Shown here in pieces: positions 46,033 through 56,100 of a DNA stretch of 64,000 nucleotides; the first letter of the stretch is position 1, and every line of letters begins with the position of its first letter. A model generated the notes under the pieces. The model was given only the letters and a program-made list of their open reading frames with translations. It did not search any database and was not told the DNA's origin. This DNA is from Thermoplasmata archaeon. Its GTDB lineage: Archaea > Thermoplasmatota > Thermoplasmata > GCA-020350865. The stretch lies in contig CP070751.1 of the NCBI GenBank assembly GCA_020348445.1, positions 4,743,778-4,807,777 of the forward strand. Reading direction: 5' to 3'. The position numbers and the translations under genes are program-made.

Positions 46033-46179
46033 GATTGCGATTGTATTCAAATTGTAGGGCCGGTAGGTATAGTGGGGGCGAAGCCACCACGAATATCTAC
46101 CGGCCCGTATTTAATTGATGTCCCATTTGAGGGACGGTAGGGCGAGTGGAGACTTGTTCTCCACGGGGTCTACCGGCCC
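46033..46179 (-). repeat. Two 73-74-nt units, each starting with the first 11 nt of tRNA-Ala and folding into a ~50-nt two-tier hairpin
   Basis: GGGCCGGUAGA starts (minus strand) at 46032 (the real tRNA), 46106 and 46179. Unit B has outer arms at 46097-46106 and 46057-66 (10/10 bp) and an inner stem GUGGUGG/CCCCCAC. Unit C has outer arms at 46170-79 and 46131-40 (9/10 bp) and an inner stem GUGGAGA/UCUCCAC (7/7 bp). Confidence 0.7.
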
Positions 46180-46265
46180 TTATTAAATTTCAATTGGGAA
46201 TCCTGAATTTATGAGGATATGTTAATTTCGCATAAATATATTATCCTAAATACAGAAGGGGAGCC

Positions 46266-46784
46266 TTAAAGCATTCCTCCCTCTTTTAGTATCCTCTCCA
46301 ATTCCTCTGCAATGCCCTTATCAAGGATAATCTTGTGTTTTCCGATGTCAGATTCTGTAAATATTGTGGACTCTTTGCTTCCATGCTTGATCTTCTTTAC
46401 CTCGTCATGATAAATCTCAAAGTACTCCTTTGCACCGGCCTCCTTTGCATGATCAGCCTTGTCTGGCCAGTACTGTCCATCACTTAGGGAATATAACCGT
46501 TTCGCAACCTTGTCGTCTCCCCCTGGATAAGACTTGGGCTCCCTTATAAACACTGTCCTCAGATTGGTTATCCCAAAGCACCCAGGTCCATCCATGAATA
46601 TGACCTTCCACCCAGCCTTATGTCTCTTATAAATTCCTATACACATACCGTCTATTGATTTAGTCAGGCACTCACCATCGTGAAAAAGCATCTGACCTGA
46701 GGTGTCATATATCGTGCCTTTACCATCTATGTCTCCAAGTTTCATGTTGCTCACCCATATTTTACAATTGTTATCGTGAATCAT
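46266..46784 (-). CDS. Hypothetical soluble protein
   Basis: The 172-aa ORF has a coding-like composition and is tightly linked (3 nt) to the upstream membrane protein gene. I recognised no family. Confidence 0.4.
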   Translation of the reverse strand: MIHDNNCKIWVSNMKLGDIDGKGTIYDTSGQMLFHDGECLTKSIDGMCIGIYKRHKAGWKVIFMDGPGCFGITNLRTVFIREPKSYPGGDDKVAKRLYSLSDGQYWPDKADHAKEAGAKEYFEIYHDEVKKIKHGSKESTIFTESDIGKHKIILDKGIAEELERILKEGGML

Positions 46785-46787
46785 ATA

Positions 46788-47294
46788 TTATGATACAGGA
46801 GGAGTAATACCTGCAACCGAAATCTCGATAATAAGTGCAATGGATATAACTATTCCTGCAATTACTATCCCCATTGCAATATTTCCATCCTTGATATCCC
46901 CGATTATATCCTTACCCTCCATGAATCGTTTAAGTATCCACAATGCAAGATAAATAGAGATTATTGCAAGGACAACAGACAATAGCATCTGGGAAAATCC
47001 CCATGCAACATTCCATGCATAATCTATATTAAAGCTCGGTATTTCAACCAGGCTCGCGATTCCCGAGCGTATGACGATGGCAATTGCCAGAATGACACCA
47101 ATCATAAGAATAGCAACAGCAGCGTTTCCTTGCTCAAGCTCTTTTAATATGTTGAGTTCACCCATCTTACCCATTTGCGTGATCTTCTCAAAAAATACAA
47201 GACCGATATTCACTGCAACAACAGCCAGAACCACTCCAATCAACACCTTGATTATGACCAATAATACTTCCAATGTCCCCTGAAACAGATCCAT
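46788..47294 (-). CDS. DUF350-like small integral membrane protein (duplicated)
   Basis: It has four TM helices and two copies of the GNxAxxIxxxGxxIxxAxII pattern (QGNAAVAILMIGVILAIAIVI and DGNIAMGIVIAGIVISIALII). Confidence 0.5.
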   Translation of the reverse strand: MDLFQGTLEVLLVIIKVLIGVVLAVVAVNIGLVFFEKITQMGKMGELNILKELEQGNAAVAILMIGVILAIAIVIRSGIASLVEIPSFNIDYAWNVAWGFSQMLLSVVLAIISIYLALWILKRFMEGKDIIGDIKDGNIAMGIVIAGIVISIALIIEISVAGITPPVS

Positions 47295-47409
47295 AATATC
47301 ACCTTGTCACATCAATCATTCTCAAGAATCCAAATCCAGATTGAAATCCCTGTATAAAACTTTTTGGAGACTGGAGTTTTATTTCCTAATCGCAGATTTA
47401 TCCTTTATA

Positions 47410-48831
47410 TCAATACCTGTACTCCTTGAGTGTATGCTGGAACCTGTGCTTTTCGGGGGGAATATCCATGGGATATTTTTCTGTAACACAACCGAGGCAA
47501 AGATCGTCTTTTGAAAATTGTAGTGCTTCAACCAATCCCTCAATGCTTATGTATCCCAAGGAATCTGCATTAAGAATCTCTCTTATTTCCTCCACAGTTC
47601 TATCATGGGCTATGAACTGGTCCCTTGTTGTCATGTCAATTCCCAAATAGCATGGCGATATCAGCGGGGGGGTGCCGATTCTGACATGCACCTCAGATGC
47701 CCCTGCCTCTCTTACCATATCCACGATTCGCTTCATGGTGGTACCCCTTACTATACTGTCATCCACTAGAACAACCCGTTTGTCCTCAACTTCACATTTA
47801 ATTGGATTTACCTTCTCCCTTACTGTAATCTCCCTTAATTTCTGGGAGGGCATGATAAAAGTTCTTGCTATGTATCGGTTCTTCATAAGGCCCTCAGCAA
47901 GAGGTATTCCAGATCCCAAAGAGAAGCCAAAAGCATGTGCTCTTCCCGAGTCAGGAACAGGTATTATAATATCTGCATGGGCAGGATGCTCCTTTGCCAG
48001 TCTCCAACCAACTCTCTTTCGAATCTCGTAAACACATCTTTCATCTATGATTGAGTCCCCCCTGGCAAAGTAAGTATATTCAAAGAAACAGTGGGCTCTG
48101 TGCTTTAGGTTAAACAGTTGATGTGATTTGTAATCTTTAGATGTTATTTCCACCACCTCTCCAGGAGCAACATCCCTTATCATCTTGGCACCTATTACAT
48201 CCAGAGCAACACTTTCTGAGGCAATGATATATCCATCTGCAAATTTACCCAAGCATAAAGGTTTTATTCCCAGGGGATCCCTAATTCCGAAAATCCTGTT
48301 GTTGAACATCATTGTGAAAGAGTAAGAGCCTTCGATCTCATTTAACGTCCTTTTTAATGCATTTATAAGGTCTCCTGAGGAGTTTAAGTGGTCAATTAAA
48401 AGATAACCAACAACCTCCTCCTCACAACCGAGTTCAAACTCGTGGCCCTTTCTCTTCAGTCGTTTTCGCAATTTCTCTGCATTGATAAGTATACCATTAT
48501 GGGCCAAGGCCACTTCACCGGCTTCTGTCTTTATGATTGTGGGTTGTGCGTTCTCAGGTTTGGATAATTTTATGGAGTAATAGGTATGACCTATTCCGTT
48601 CCTACCTTTCATGGATTTCAGTTTTTCATCATCAAAAATATTTGCTACCAAACCTATACCTTTGTGCGATTCGATCTTCTTGTTGAATACTGAGATACCT
48701 GCTGCTTCCTGACCGCGATGTTGAAGAGCACGAAGAGAGTAATAAATGTAGTTGGATGCTTTCGACTTCGAGGCGATGGCAACGACACCGCATCTCTCTT
48801 TAAACCTATGTTGTAGTTTTTGAATATTCAT
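47410..48831 (-). CDS. purF: Amidophosphoribosyltransferase
   Basis: It has a short propeptide followed by the Ntn nucleophile context ERCGVVAI. It has RGQEAAGI, the PRPP loop VLVDDSIVRGTT, and C-terminal Fe-S cysteines (PCYLGID, CLGCVT). Confidence 0.9.
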   Translation of the reverse strand: MNIQKLQHRFKERCGVVAIASKSKASNYIYYSLRALQHRGQEAAGISVFNKKIESHKGIGLVANIFDDEKLKSMKGRNGIGHTYYSIKLSKPENAQPTIIKTEAGEVALAHNGILINAEKLRKRLKRKGHEFELGCEEEVVGYLLIDHLNSSGDLINALKRTLNEIEGSYSFTMMFNNRIFGIRDPLGIKPLCLGKFADGYIIASESVALDVIGAKMIRDVAPGEVVEITSKDYKSHQLFNLKHRAHCFFEYTYFARGDSIIDERCVYEIRKRVGWRLAKEHPAHADIIIPVPDSGRAHAFGFSLGSGIPLAEGLMKNRYIARTFIMPSQKLREITVREKVNPIKCEVEDKRVVLVDDSIVRGTTMKRIVDMVREAGASEVHVRIGTPPLISPCYLGIDMTTRDQFIAHDRTVEEIREILNADSLGYISIEGLVEALQFSKDDLCLGCVTEKYPMDIPPEKHRFQHTLKEYRY

Positions 48832-48924
48832 ACAGATGCCCGTTCCTCATTTAGATGGTCCCTTTAAATGGATACAAATCTTGCGTAAAAGTGGGTGGGA
48901 AGAGCCTATTCCATATTACCTAGC

Positions 48925-50322
48925 CTATTTCCCGCACCAGCAATGAAGACATAGAGATTCTTTTGGAAGACCTATTGCTCTTATCATATCATCCAGGGTC
49001 TGGTATTTCAAAGAGGTGACACCAAGATCATCTTTTATCCATTCCACCATTTTTTGGAATTTTACAGAGTTTGAATCTATATATTCAGTGACGTCTTCTA
49101 TGTCATTTCCTTCTAATGCCCTGATGGCTCTTCTTGCTGCAAGTTCACTTATGGTTCTTGTGGATAGGATGTATCTACATGGAAACATAAGTGGGGGGCA
49201 TGCAACTCTTATATGGACCTCTTTTGCCTCATTGTCCCATAATTTCTGGACAGTGAAGTTCCGAAGTTGGGTTCCCCTGACTATGGAATCCTCGCATAGT
49301 ACCATCCGATTATCTTTAATAACCTCTTTTATTGGAATGAGTTTCATTGTTGCCACCATGTCTCTTATCTCCTGGGATGGCGGAGTGTAACTTCTACCGT
49401 ATCCTGAGGTATACTTAACCAGGGGCCTTCTAAACGGCACCTTCGCACCCATGGCATAACCGATTCCGTGGGCTGTTCCGGAGTCTGGGACACCAGAGGC
49501 AAAATCCAACTCTATATCATCATTTTTTGCTAGACACTTTCCTGTTCTTTCCCTGACACCCTCGACACTGATTCCCTCATAACTGGAGGCAGGATACCCT
49601 GTATAGATCCATAAAAATGCACAAATTTGAGTCGAGGATTCTGGCCCCTTCTTGTCACTAAGCCCTCCTTCTTTTAAAAGCACTATCTCACCAGGGCCTA
49701 GGTATTTCACTATGTTAAAGCCGAGATTAGGAAGGGAGCAGGTCTCTGAAACCACAACATGTTCATGGTCTTTCTTCCCTACAACAAGTGGTGTATGCCC
49801 GTGTCTGTCTCTTGCAGCATAGATCCCTTCTTCTGTGAGCAATAAAAGTGAAACAGAACCCTTGATTTTATCGAACATCTTTTCAATACCATCGATTATG
49901 TTTTCTCCACGGGTAATCAATTTACCGATAACCTCGGTTGTGTTGAGAGTTCCGTCATCCATTTCACTGAAAGAGAGACCTTCATTTTGCAATTGAAGGG
50001 CTAGTTCCTCGGCGTTTTCTATAAGACCCGCGGTGACGATGGCAAAATTTCCAAACGAGGAGGAGATTATTATAGGTTGGGAATCCATATCACTTATTAC
50101 ACCTATTCCGCTGTTTCCATTCATATCCTTGTAATCATCAAAGAATTTCGATTTGAATTGGGATTGTGTGATATCATGTATTTTTCTCTGTATCTTTTTG
50201 GTTTCTTTGTTATAGACAGCCAATCCACCACGCTGTGTACCCAGATGTGAATGGTAATCAACACCATAAAACAGGTTATTTGTACAATTGCCCATACCGA
50301 CAACGCCAAAAACTCCACTCAT
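48925..50322 (-). CDS. PurF-like paralogue (class II amidotransferase fold plus PRTase domain) lacking the N-terminal Cys nucleophile
   Basis: It is collinear with PurF (PRTase loop VLCEDSIVRGTQ; C-terminal CPPLMFPCRY and CLHCWCG). However, the N-terminus is MSGVFGVVG rather than (M)CG. The start lies 1 nt after the L37e stop. Confidence 0.7.
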   Translation of the reverse strand: MSGVFGVVGMGNCTNNLFYGVDYHSHLGTQRGGLAVYNKETKKIQRKIHDITQSQFKSKFFDDYKDMNGNSGIGVISDMDSQPIIISSSFGNFAIVTAGLIENAEELALQLQNEGLSFSEMDDGTLNTTEVIGKLITRGENIIDGIEKMFDKIKGSVSLLLLTEEGIYAARDRHGHTPLVVGKKDHEHVVVSETCSLPNLGFNIVKYLGPGEIVLLKEGGLSDKKGPESSTQICAFLWIYTGYPASSYEGISVEGVRERTGKCLAKNDDIELDFASGVPDSGTAHGIGYAMGAKVPFRRPLVKYTSGYGRSYTPPSQEIRDMVATMKLIPIKEVIKDNRMVLCEDSIVRGTQLRNFTVQKLWDNEAKEVHIRVACPPLMFPCRYILSTRTISELAARRAIRALEGNDIEDVTEYIDSNSVKFQKMVEWIKDDLGVTSLKYQTLDDMIRAIGLPKESLCLHCWCGK

Positions 50323-50323
50323 T

Positions 50324-50488
50324 CTAATGCCCCTTTACCCAGTTGTAGGTTCTGATTTTTGTTGAGAAACCAAAACCGCAGGCAGCGCATCTCTTTTTCC
50401 GAATGTGATAAGACCTTTTACCGCATCGCCTGCAGCGGATATGCGTCTTTTTTTGTTTCTTACCCATGGAAGGGGTGCCCTTTGTCAT
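50324..50488 (-). CDS. rpl37e: 50S ribosomal protein L37e
   Basis: I translated this by hand because it is below the ORF-track cutoff: [54 protein letters not shown]. It has the classic MTKGTPS start and a C4 zinc ribbon. Its position after the Sm gene is the conserved archaeal arrangement. Confidence 0.85.
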   Translation of the reverse strand: MTKGTPSMGKKQKKTHIRCRRCGKRSYHIRKKRCAACGFGFSTKIRTYNWVKGH

Positions 50489-50506
50489 CTTACCTCACCC
50501 ACTTTT

Positions 50507-50755
50507 TTATGGAGAGATGTAAACTACATTGTCCCCGCGCACAATCGCGACATCGAGCTTTCTTTTCAGCTCTTTTTCCACATATTCCTCGGCATTTTTC
50601 AGAACAAGGTTCATGTGCGGATCGTAGCCTTCCAGAATTCCGCGATACTCTCTTTTAGCTTTAAGCTCAACCAATACCTTGTTGTTAAGGTTTTTATTCA
50701 ACATGTTCAAAGGTTTTTGCATGGGCTTCCCCCTAAGTTGTCTGAATATATACAA
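50507..50755 (-). CDS. Sm-like (LSm) archaeal protein
   Basis: The Sm1/Sm2 motifs are [26 protein letters not shown] and [10 protein letters not shown]. Confidence 0.85.
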   Translation of the reverse strand: MYIFRQLRGKPMQKPLNMLNKNLNNKVLVELKAKREYRGILEGYDPHMNLVLKNAEEYVEKELKRKLDVAIVRGDNVVYISP

Positions 50756-50802
50756 CAGTACTTAAATCTTTGTTATAAATTTCTGATTAAGGTACCTCGA
50801 AA

Positions 50803-52146
50803 TTAGGAGCCTTCGGAAAGTCCCTTCAAATACTTGGGAAGGCCCGAAGATTCCCTTGGACCGACCAAGACCTCCCTTCCCGATTTCTCGTTCAGTTTCG
50901 CGCTCATCCTCGCCACCATACCTGGTATTATAATCTTGTTGTGTTTGATTTTGTCCTTTGCACCTGATTTTTCCAAGGCTTCTGCAACCATCTCAGGTGT
51001 AAGCTTTCCCGCTGCAAAAGCGGTCATCACTGATAACCCCTCTGTATCTATTACCTGAAGGTAGCTTGGTATCTTGCTGTTTTCAATGTCCCCTGCCACA
51101 GTAAAATAAGTCAGAGAAAAATTGGTTGTGAATAGCAAGGGCGAGTTTTCATCTGGGTTGTTTATCTCATAGAGTTCGGGTTTTACCTGAATCGGAATCT
51201 GTGGATCTGTGTAGATGTTCTGTCTTAAAGTGAACAAGGGAAACATCTTCCACTTGGAGATGTCATTGAGCATAAGAGCTGCAGAATATTTCATTGTGAA
51301 TACGGCAGCAGCAAGTGCCTCCTTTTCAGGATCCCCTTCAAGACTCAATATCACTGGATAACCCAATGGTCTGAAGTTCTTTTTTGCAGAAAGCCGCCTG
51401 ATGATGGTAAGAAGCCTCATGGTCTCGCCTAAAGATTTCTTTCCAAAATCCAGCATTATATCTTCCACACCGGCTTTCTTGATATTCTGTGTCAATTCAG
51501 CAAGCTCGTCAAGCCCTCCCTCCTCAAAAGCCACAATTGGACATTCGTACTTCTTTGCAAGCTCAGCCATTGCCTGCCAATTGTCCTTGGTTGCGGCATG
51601 AATCAAGGGCTTCCCACTAGAAGCTATTTTCAGGCCTTCTTCCATTACCTCTGGTTTATCGGAAATTAATATCAAAGGCAATGAAGTCTTTCCCGTAACT
51701 GTCTTTACAGTCTCAGTAAATTTAGCAGGATCTCCTGAAGAGGCCTTTATTGCCAGCATACCCATCTTCAATATCTGTCCAACTCTCTCGAATTCAACTT
51801 CTGAGGCTTCCTTTACCTTTGCCTCAAGTTCCTCTGGACTTGTTGTGTCCTCTACTATCAATGAATAAGCTGTTGGGTGATAGAAGGTCTTCTCGTGCCT
51901 GAAAAGTTCGGTCTCGTTTCCCATCTCTATTTTATTATCACCGGTTCCAACAGTAACAAGCCTGATTGGTGGTGCAGAAGATTCCTCAAGTTGGGTCTTT
52001 ACGTCATCAGAAACATCAGGACAGGCAGAAAGTTCGGCCTGTTTATTTGCCAGTTTCATGGCAAAGGCCAGGCATGTGGGCACACCGCACTTTCCACAGT
52101 TGGTCTTTGGTAGTAACTTGTATATCTCGATTGCCGTCATTCCCAT
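50803..52146 (-). CDS. acsC: Corrinoid iron-sulfur protein, large subunit (AcsC / gamma)
   Basis: The N-terminus is IEIYKLLPKTNCGKCGVPTCLAFAMKLA ([4Fe-4S] motif). ETELFRHEKTFYHPT and NFSLTYFTVAGDIE are collinear with bacterial AcsC as I recall it. Confidence 0.9.
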   Translation of the reverse strand: MGMTAIEIYKLLPKTNCGKCGVPTCLAFAMKLANKQAELSACPDVSDDVKTQLEESSAPPIRLVTVGTGDNKIEMGNETELFRHEKTFYHPTAYSLIVEDTTSPEELEAKVKEASEVEFERVGQILKMGMLAIKASSGDPAKFTETVKTVTGKTSLPLILISDKPEVMEEGLKIASSGKPLIHAATKDNWQAMAELAKKYECPIVAFEEGGLDELAELTQNIKKAGVEDIMLDFGKKSLGETMRLLTIIRRLSAKKNFRPLGYPVILSLEGDPEKEALAAAVFTMKYSAALMLNDISKWKMFPLFTLRQNIYTDPQIPIQVKPELYEINNPDENSPLLFTTNFSLTYFTVAGDIENSKIPSYLQVIDTEGLSVMTAFAAGKLTPEMVAEALEKSGAKDKIKHNKIIIPGMVARMSAKLNEKSGREVLVGPRESSGLPKYLKGLSEGS

Positions 52147-53132
52147 TATTCACCACCTCCAGAGGTTGCAAGTTCCTCAACTGCCTCTCTCACCATTTTA
52201 ACTGCAGAAGGATGCCTCATAATAAGCATGTCTGCCCCTGCTGTGATTGCAGATAGGCCTGTTGTTGCCTCCCAATAGGGACCTCTTATTTTTTCATCGC
52301 CGTAGGCCTCATTTGGTTGATGTGCTTCTCGAGCCTTCCAAGAAATAGAGGTATCGCATAAAATCGGCATCTGCAGCATCTGATCACCCATGAGTGCAGC
52401 TAGCCTTATTCTTTCGATAACAGAGTACGAGTACTCAAGGCCATAACCCAATCCTGCCTGCAACGGATCCATTACGATATTTTCTGGTTTGATACCAAAG
52501 TCAGTAAGCAGTATATTCAGCTGCTTTGCCAAGTTGATATCCAAATTGGAGAAGGCAACAATTGCATGATCATTTGCCATGGTGGCGACACTAATGGATT
52601 TGTACCTTTCCTCCTCTGCAAGTCCAAGAAGACATCTTTCACCCTTTGTTGCGTCTGAGACTACCTGCATGACCTTGGAATCCTTTTCATCATTACCACA
52701 GCCGTATATGAGCAATGGAACAGATACTGCAGAAAGAACCTCCTTTACTATCTCCACTGCCTGATCTGGACTCTTATCCTCCTCCTCGGGATTCGTGCCT
52801 TCCAGTTTCAGGCAGATAGCTTCAGCACCGTACTTTTCCACACATGTTTTTGCCCAGGAGGATGGTGACTCCAAAACATCGTTAAAAGGCTCCCTAGCCA
52901 AAGCCGGATAATCCTCCCGCACGACATCTAGGACCTCCATTGCAATAACTGTCTTTCTGGGCATATCACCCTCGAAATACAAAAAGGGCAGAGTGCTTAC
53001 ACCACCTAATGTAATACTACTTGACCTTGTGCCCCCCTCTTCTTGTGTTCCACCGAACTTAACTTCTCTAATCTTACCTGTCCACTTTTCCTTTGGTATC
53101 TGAACTGGCATATATCTCACCTCGTAACTCAT
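52146..53132 (-). CDS. acsD: Corrinoid iron-sulfur protein, small subunit (AcsD / delta)
   Basis: It has GGTRSSSITLGG, LDINLAKQLNILL and GLGYGLEYSYSVIERIRLAAL, all AcsD-like. It overlaps the acsC start by 1 nt. Confidence 0.9.
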   Translation of the reverse strand: MSYEVRYMPVQIPKEKWTGKIREVKFGGTQEEGGTRSSSITLGGVSTLPFLYFEGDMPRKTVIAMEVLDVVREDYPALAREPFNDVLESPSSWAKTCVEKYGAEAICLKLEGTNPEEEDKSPDQAVEIVKEVLSAVSVPLLIYGCGNDEKDSKVMQVVSDATKGERCLLGLAEEERYKSISVATMANDHAIVAFSNLDINLAKQLNILLTDFGIKPENIVMDPLQAGLGYGLEYSYSVIERIRLAALMGDQMLQMPILCDTSISWKAREAHQPNEAYGDEKIRGPYWEATTGLSAITAGADMLIMRHPSAVKMVREAVEELATSGGGE

Positions 53133-53153
53133 TTTTATTCATATATTCCACTA

Positions 53154-56100
53154 TCACATAAGTGGTGGCATATCCAATGCAGGATGACCCACCTTTTGAC
53201 AGAATGCAACTAGCTCCTCGGCAGTTTTTGCTACTTCCTCAGTTGCGATCTTGTCATAGAAATCAGGCGTCTCTAGCTCCTCGCATCTTTTTTCCATATG
53301 TTCCTTCATTGCTTCCTTGAGCTCCTTGGGCATCCACATGATTCTGTGAAAACCACCATTTGCACGGATGAATTTTTTGCTTAATAAGAATTTCCTGCCA
53401 ACTCCGATGAATCCCGGGGTCTGCAGGCCGCCACCAACTGATCCTGCCAATGTCGAGAACTTCATACCCAATGGTGTTTCTCCTGGGTGCTCACGGTTGA
53501 CAACAATCACACCCTGCAGATCAGGTGTTATACCCACTATGCACTCGAAACATCCGCAAGATGTCATGGGATTTTCCATTAGATCGTATTGATTAAATAT
53601 TTCCAGTTTACCGTGGCTGTATTCTTTTACTGCCTCGTTTACACCCACCCATTGACCCTTGTTCTCGTCTATGGTATCCTTCTTCTCAACAGGTTGATTG
53701 GGGCCTGTGGGTGAAAGTTGATTTGCAGCCTTTGCATCCATCCAGTTGATGGCACCGCATAATCCCAATCTCTCGGGGCTAATGATGCATACATGCTGCG
53801 GTGCAAAAGACTGACACAGCGTACAGGTATAGAATGTCTCAACTGCCTCGTCTGTCAATCCTGCCATCTTCTGGTCCCTTGCTTCATATGTTTCTAGAGC
53901 CTCGGGCAATCGCTTTTGAAGCTCCTCTTCATCTGTTACTATGGTCACCTGCACCCTGTTTAATATGGCACCGAACTCCTGGTGCATCCTTGTATAGAGT
54001 ATTGTTCCAAAATCCTTGAACTTGAGGCCGTTGGCAACACCATTTTTGCTCAATCGAATCCAGACCAGATTCCTTTGACCTGTATGCCAAGCACCTTCTG
54101 CGAAGTTGATGAATTGATGAATTCTTCGCTCCAGCACTGATTCAAAGTCCTCTATCATCTTCTTGCCATAAACCTCGACAAATATTCCAAGGACTGTCTT
54201 GCCCCCCTCTTCCATTTCGTCGACATCTTTGCCAATTAATGTGATCTTTCCGTCCTCCATTTCCTCTGCTGGTCGCATCTTGCAAAGCTCCATTGCCAGG
54301 GTCTTGGCTGCACCGCCTGCTTCCATATGTGTCTGGGGTCTTCTTACTGTCTCACCTTCGAAGGCAGGGCCGTATGCAACAGGTATATCGACTGTTCCCA
54401 TCTTGATGATCATGTCCCTAATCTCGATAGCAGTGGAGATCATCTGGGTATAGTCTTTTTGCATGACATACTTACCAGGAATCTCCTCAATATCCTGATC
54501 TGTTACTGTTGGTGAACCATTGAAAAGCACTGCAAATTCTGCTGCAGTTTTTATGTCGTCAATTGGGCCAAGCTGTAGAACCACGACCTTTGGTCTCTTT
54601 GATAGGTAATTGTAAATTCCCTCCCTGTCACCAGGCTTTACTCCACCAAATACCATTGCAGCTCTTATTGCAAAGGAAAGACCGTGTATGGCCTGTGTGA
54701 ACTCTCCCACACAAAACAGCATTCTGTCCAGACCCTTTTTCTCACCGATTTCGATTCCTACTTCTTTGATCTGTTGTATCGTGTCGAACGTGGGTATGAT
54801 CAGCATACCTTTGTTTTGTGCATCGCGGATGATCTTCTTCAGGGCATCAGGGTCCTTAGCTTTGCCCACAAGAACAATAGCACCTGGGATGGTGTCGTCA
54901 ACAAACGCTATTCCCAGTTCCCTTAGTATAACATCCGATACAAAACCTGAATATAAAGGATCCTCGCCATACGGATCTGGCTGACCTTTGATATATTTGA
55001 GAGCCTCGACGATTTCTGCTGAGACCATGGTTGCTTCGCCAGATTTAACTGCATTTTCGTAGGTGTATTCACCCTCTATTATCTTACGCCTGACATCACC
55101 AAGGATAATTGGAAGCTCTCCCAATGTCTTTACCTTGGCTCCAGTCCACGCTAGTATGCACGGCAGGAAATAACCTGTATCGGGATATTCGATCTCCTGC
55201 TCGCGGCCGTACTTTCTAATGGCTCTGTTGAGGAGGTAATCTGCATAGCCAGTTGCAATAATTGCACCATCAATGGCTTTTTTAAACAACTGCTCTTGTG
55301 ATATCTTTGGGCGCTCGTCCTGGGGAGTTGTTCCATCCCAGTAAATCCTTTCTGGATCATCACTTATACCCAGTTTCCAGCGCCTGTATTTAATAATGTT
55401 GTTTAACTTCCTTGCAGCCTCTTGAGGATCCTTTTCAAATACAAAGAATCCTCCATACACGTCCTTGGCTGTGACCTCTGCGATTTCAGTCACAATTGGG
55501 CTGCCTTTATGGAAGGCATAGACCCCAACATGCGTGGGCCACCCTGTTGCCACAAGCCAAGTTCCGATTGCAACAGCTTTCTCGCTCATCGCCTCTGGAG
55601 CAGAGCCCACCATTGGAAACTGGTGCATGTCAATTCCCATCTTATTGGAAAGCTCGGCCACCAGATTCTCGGCTCTGGAATTATCAACACAAGATCCCAT
55701 GTGAAGAACCAGAGGTAAGGGCCCACCCATTCCAGCCTTTTCCCCCGCTTCTGTTAGAAATCCCTTGAGTGAATCACCAGCATATTCATTTGTGGCCTCA
55801 GGTGTGAGATAACCGTGCTTTGCAAGGGCCTGGGCTGCACATCCTGTTGCCACAACAAGAACGTTATTCTTGGCAAGTTCCCTTGCTATTGTCAGATGGC
55901 CTTCATCATGTTGGGTTTTAACGTTATTACAACCTGCAATAAGGCATATTCCTGCTATTGTGCCATCATTTATTTTGTCCACAAGGTACTGTAGTGGATC
56001 TTCCGAATTGAAATTGCTAAGTATCTTCTTTATTGTCTCCAAGCTGAAACCAGCAGTGACCTTGTTCTTGAACTCGGGGATGAACACCTTGCTCGGATCC

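Noticed and set aside
46047-46106. H/ACA pseudouridylation guide (lower stem, internal loop, upper stem, ACA 16 nt below the upper stem)
   Set aside because: The geometry and the ACA trinucleotide fit for unit B, and loosely for the unit at 130-184. However, no K-turn or K-loop is visible in the upper stems, and unit C and the unit at 52-106 lack a well-placed ACA. A lower stem identical to the neighbouring tRNA is also unexplained. I do not call it, but it is mentioned in the findings as a test.
45890-46140. ORFs 45890-46090 (minus) and 45958-46140 (plus)
   Set aside because: Both are laid over tRNA-Ala and its hairpin units, and the RNA features explain the sequence better.
46033-46179. 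Origin recognition boxes (ORB / oriC) suggested by the dyads GTGGAGA...TCTCCAC followed by GGGG
   Set aside because: The dyad halves are separated by 5-11 nt rather than abutting as in ORB elements. No orc1/cdc6 gene is nearby, there is no extended AT-rich unwinding element, and the outer arms are clearly copies of the tRNA 5' end.
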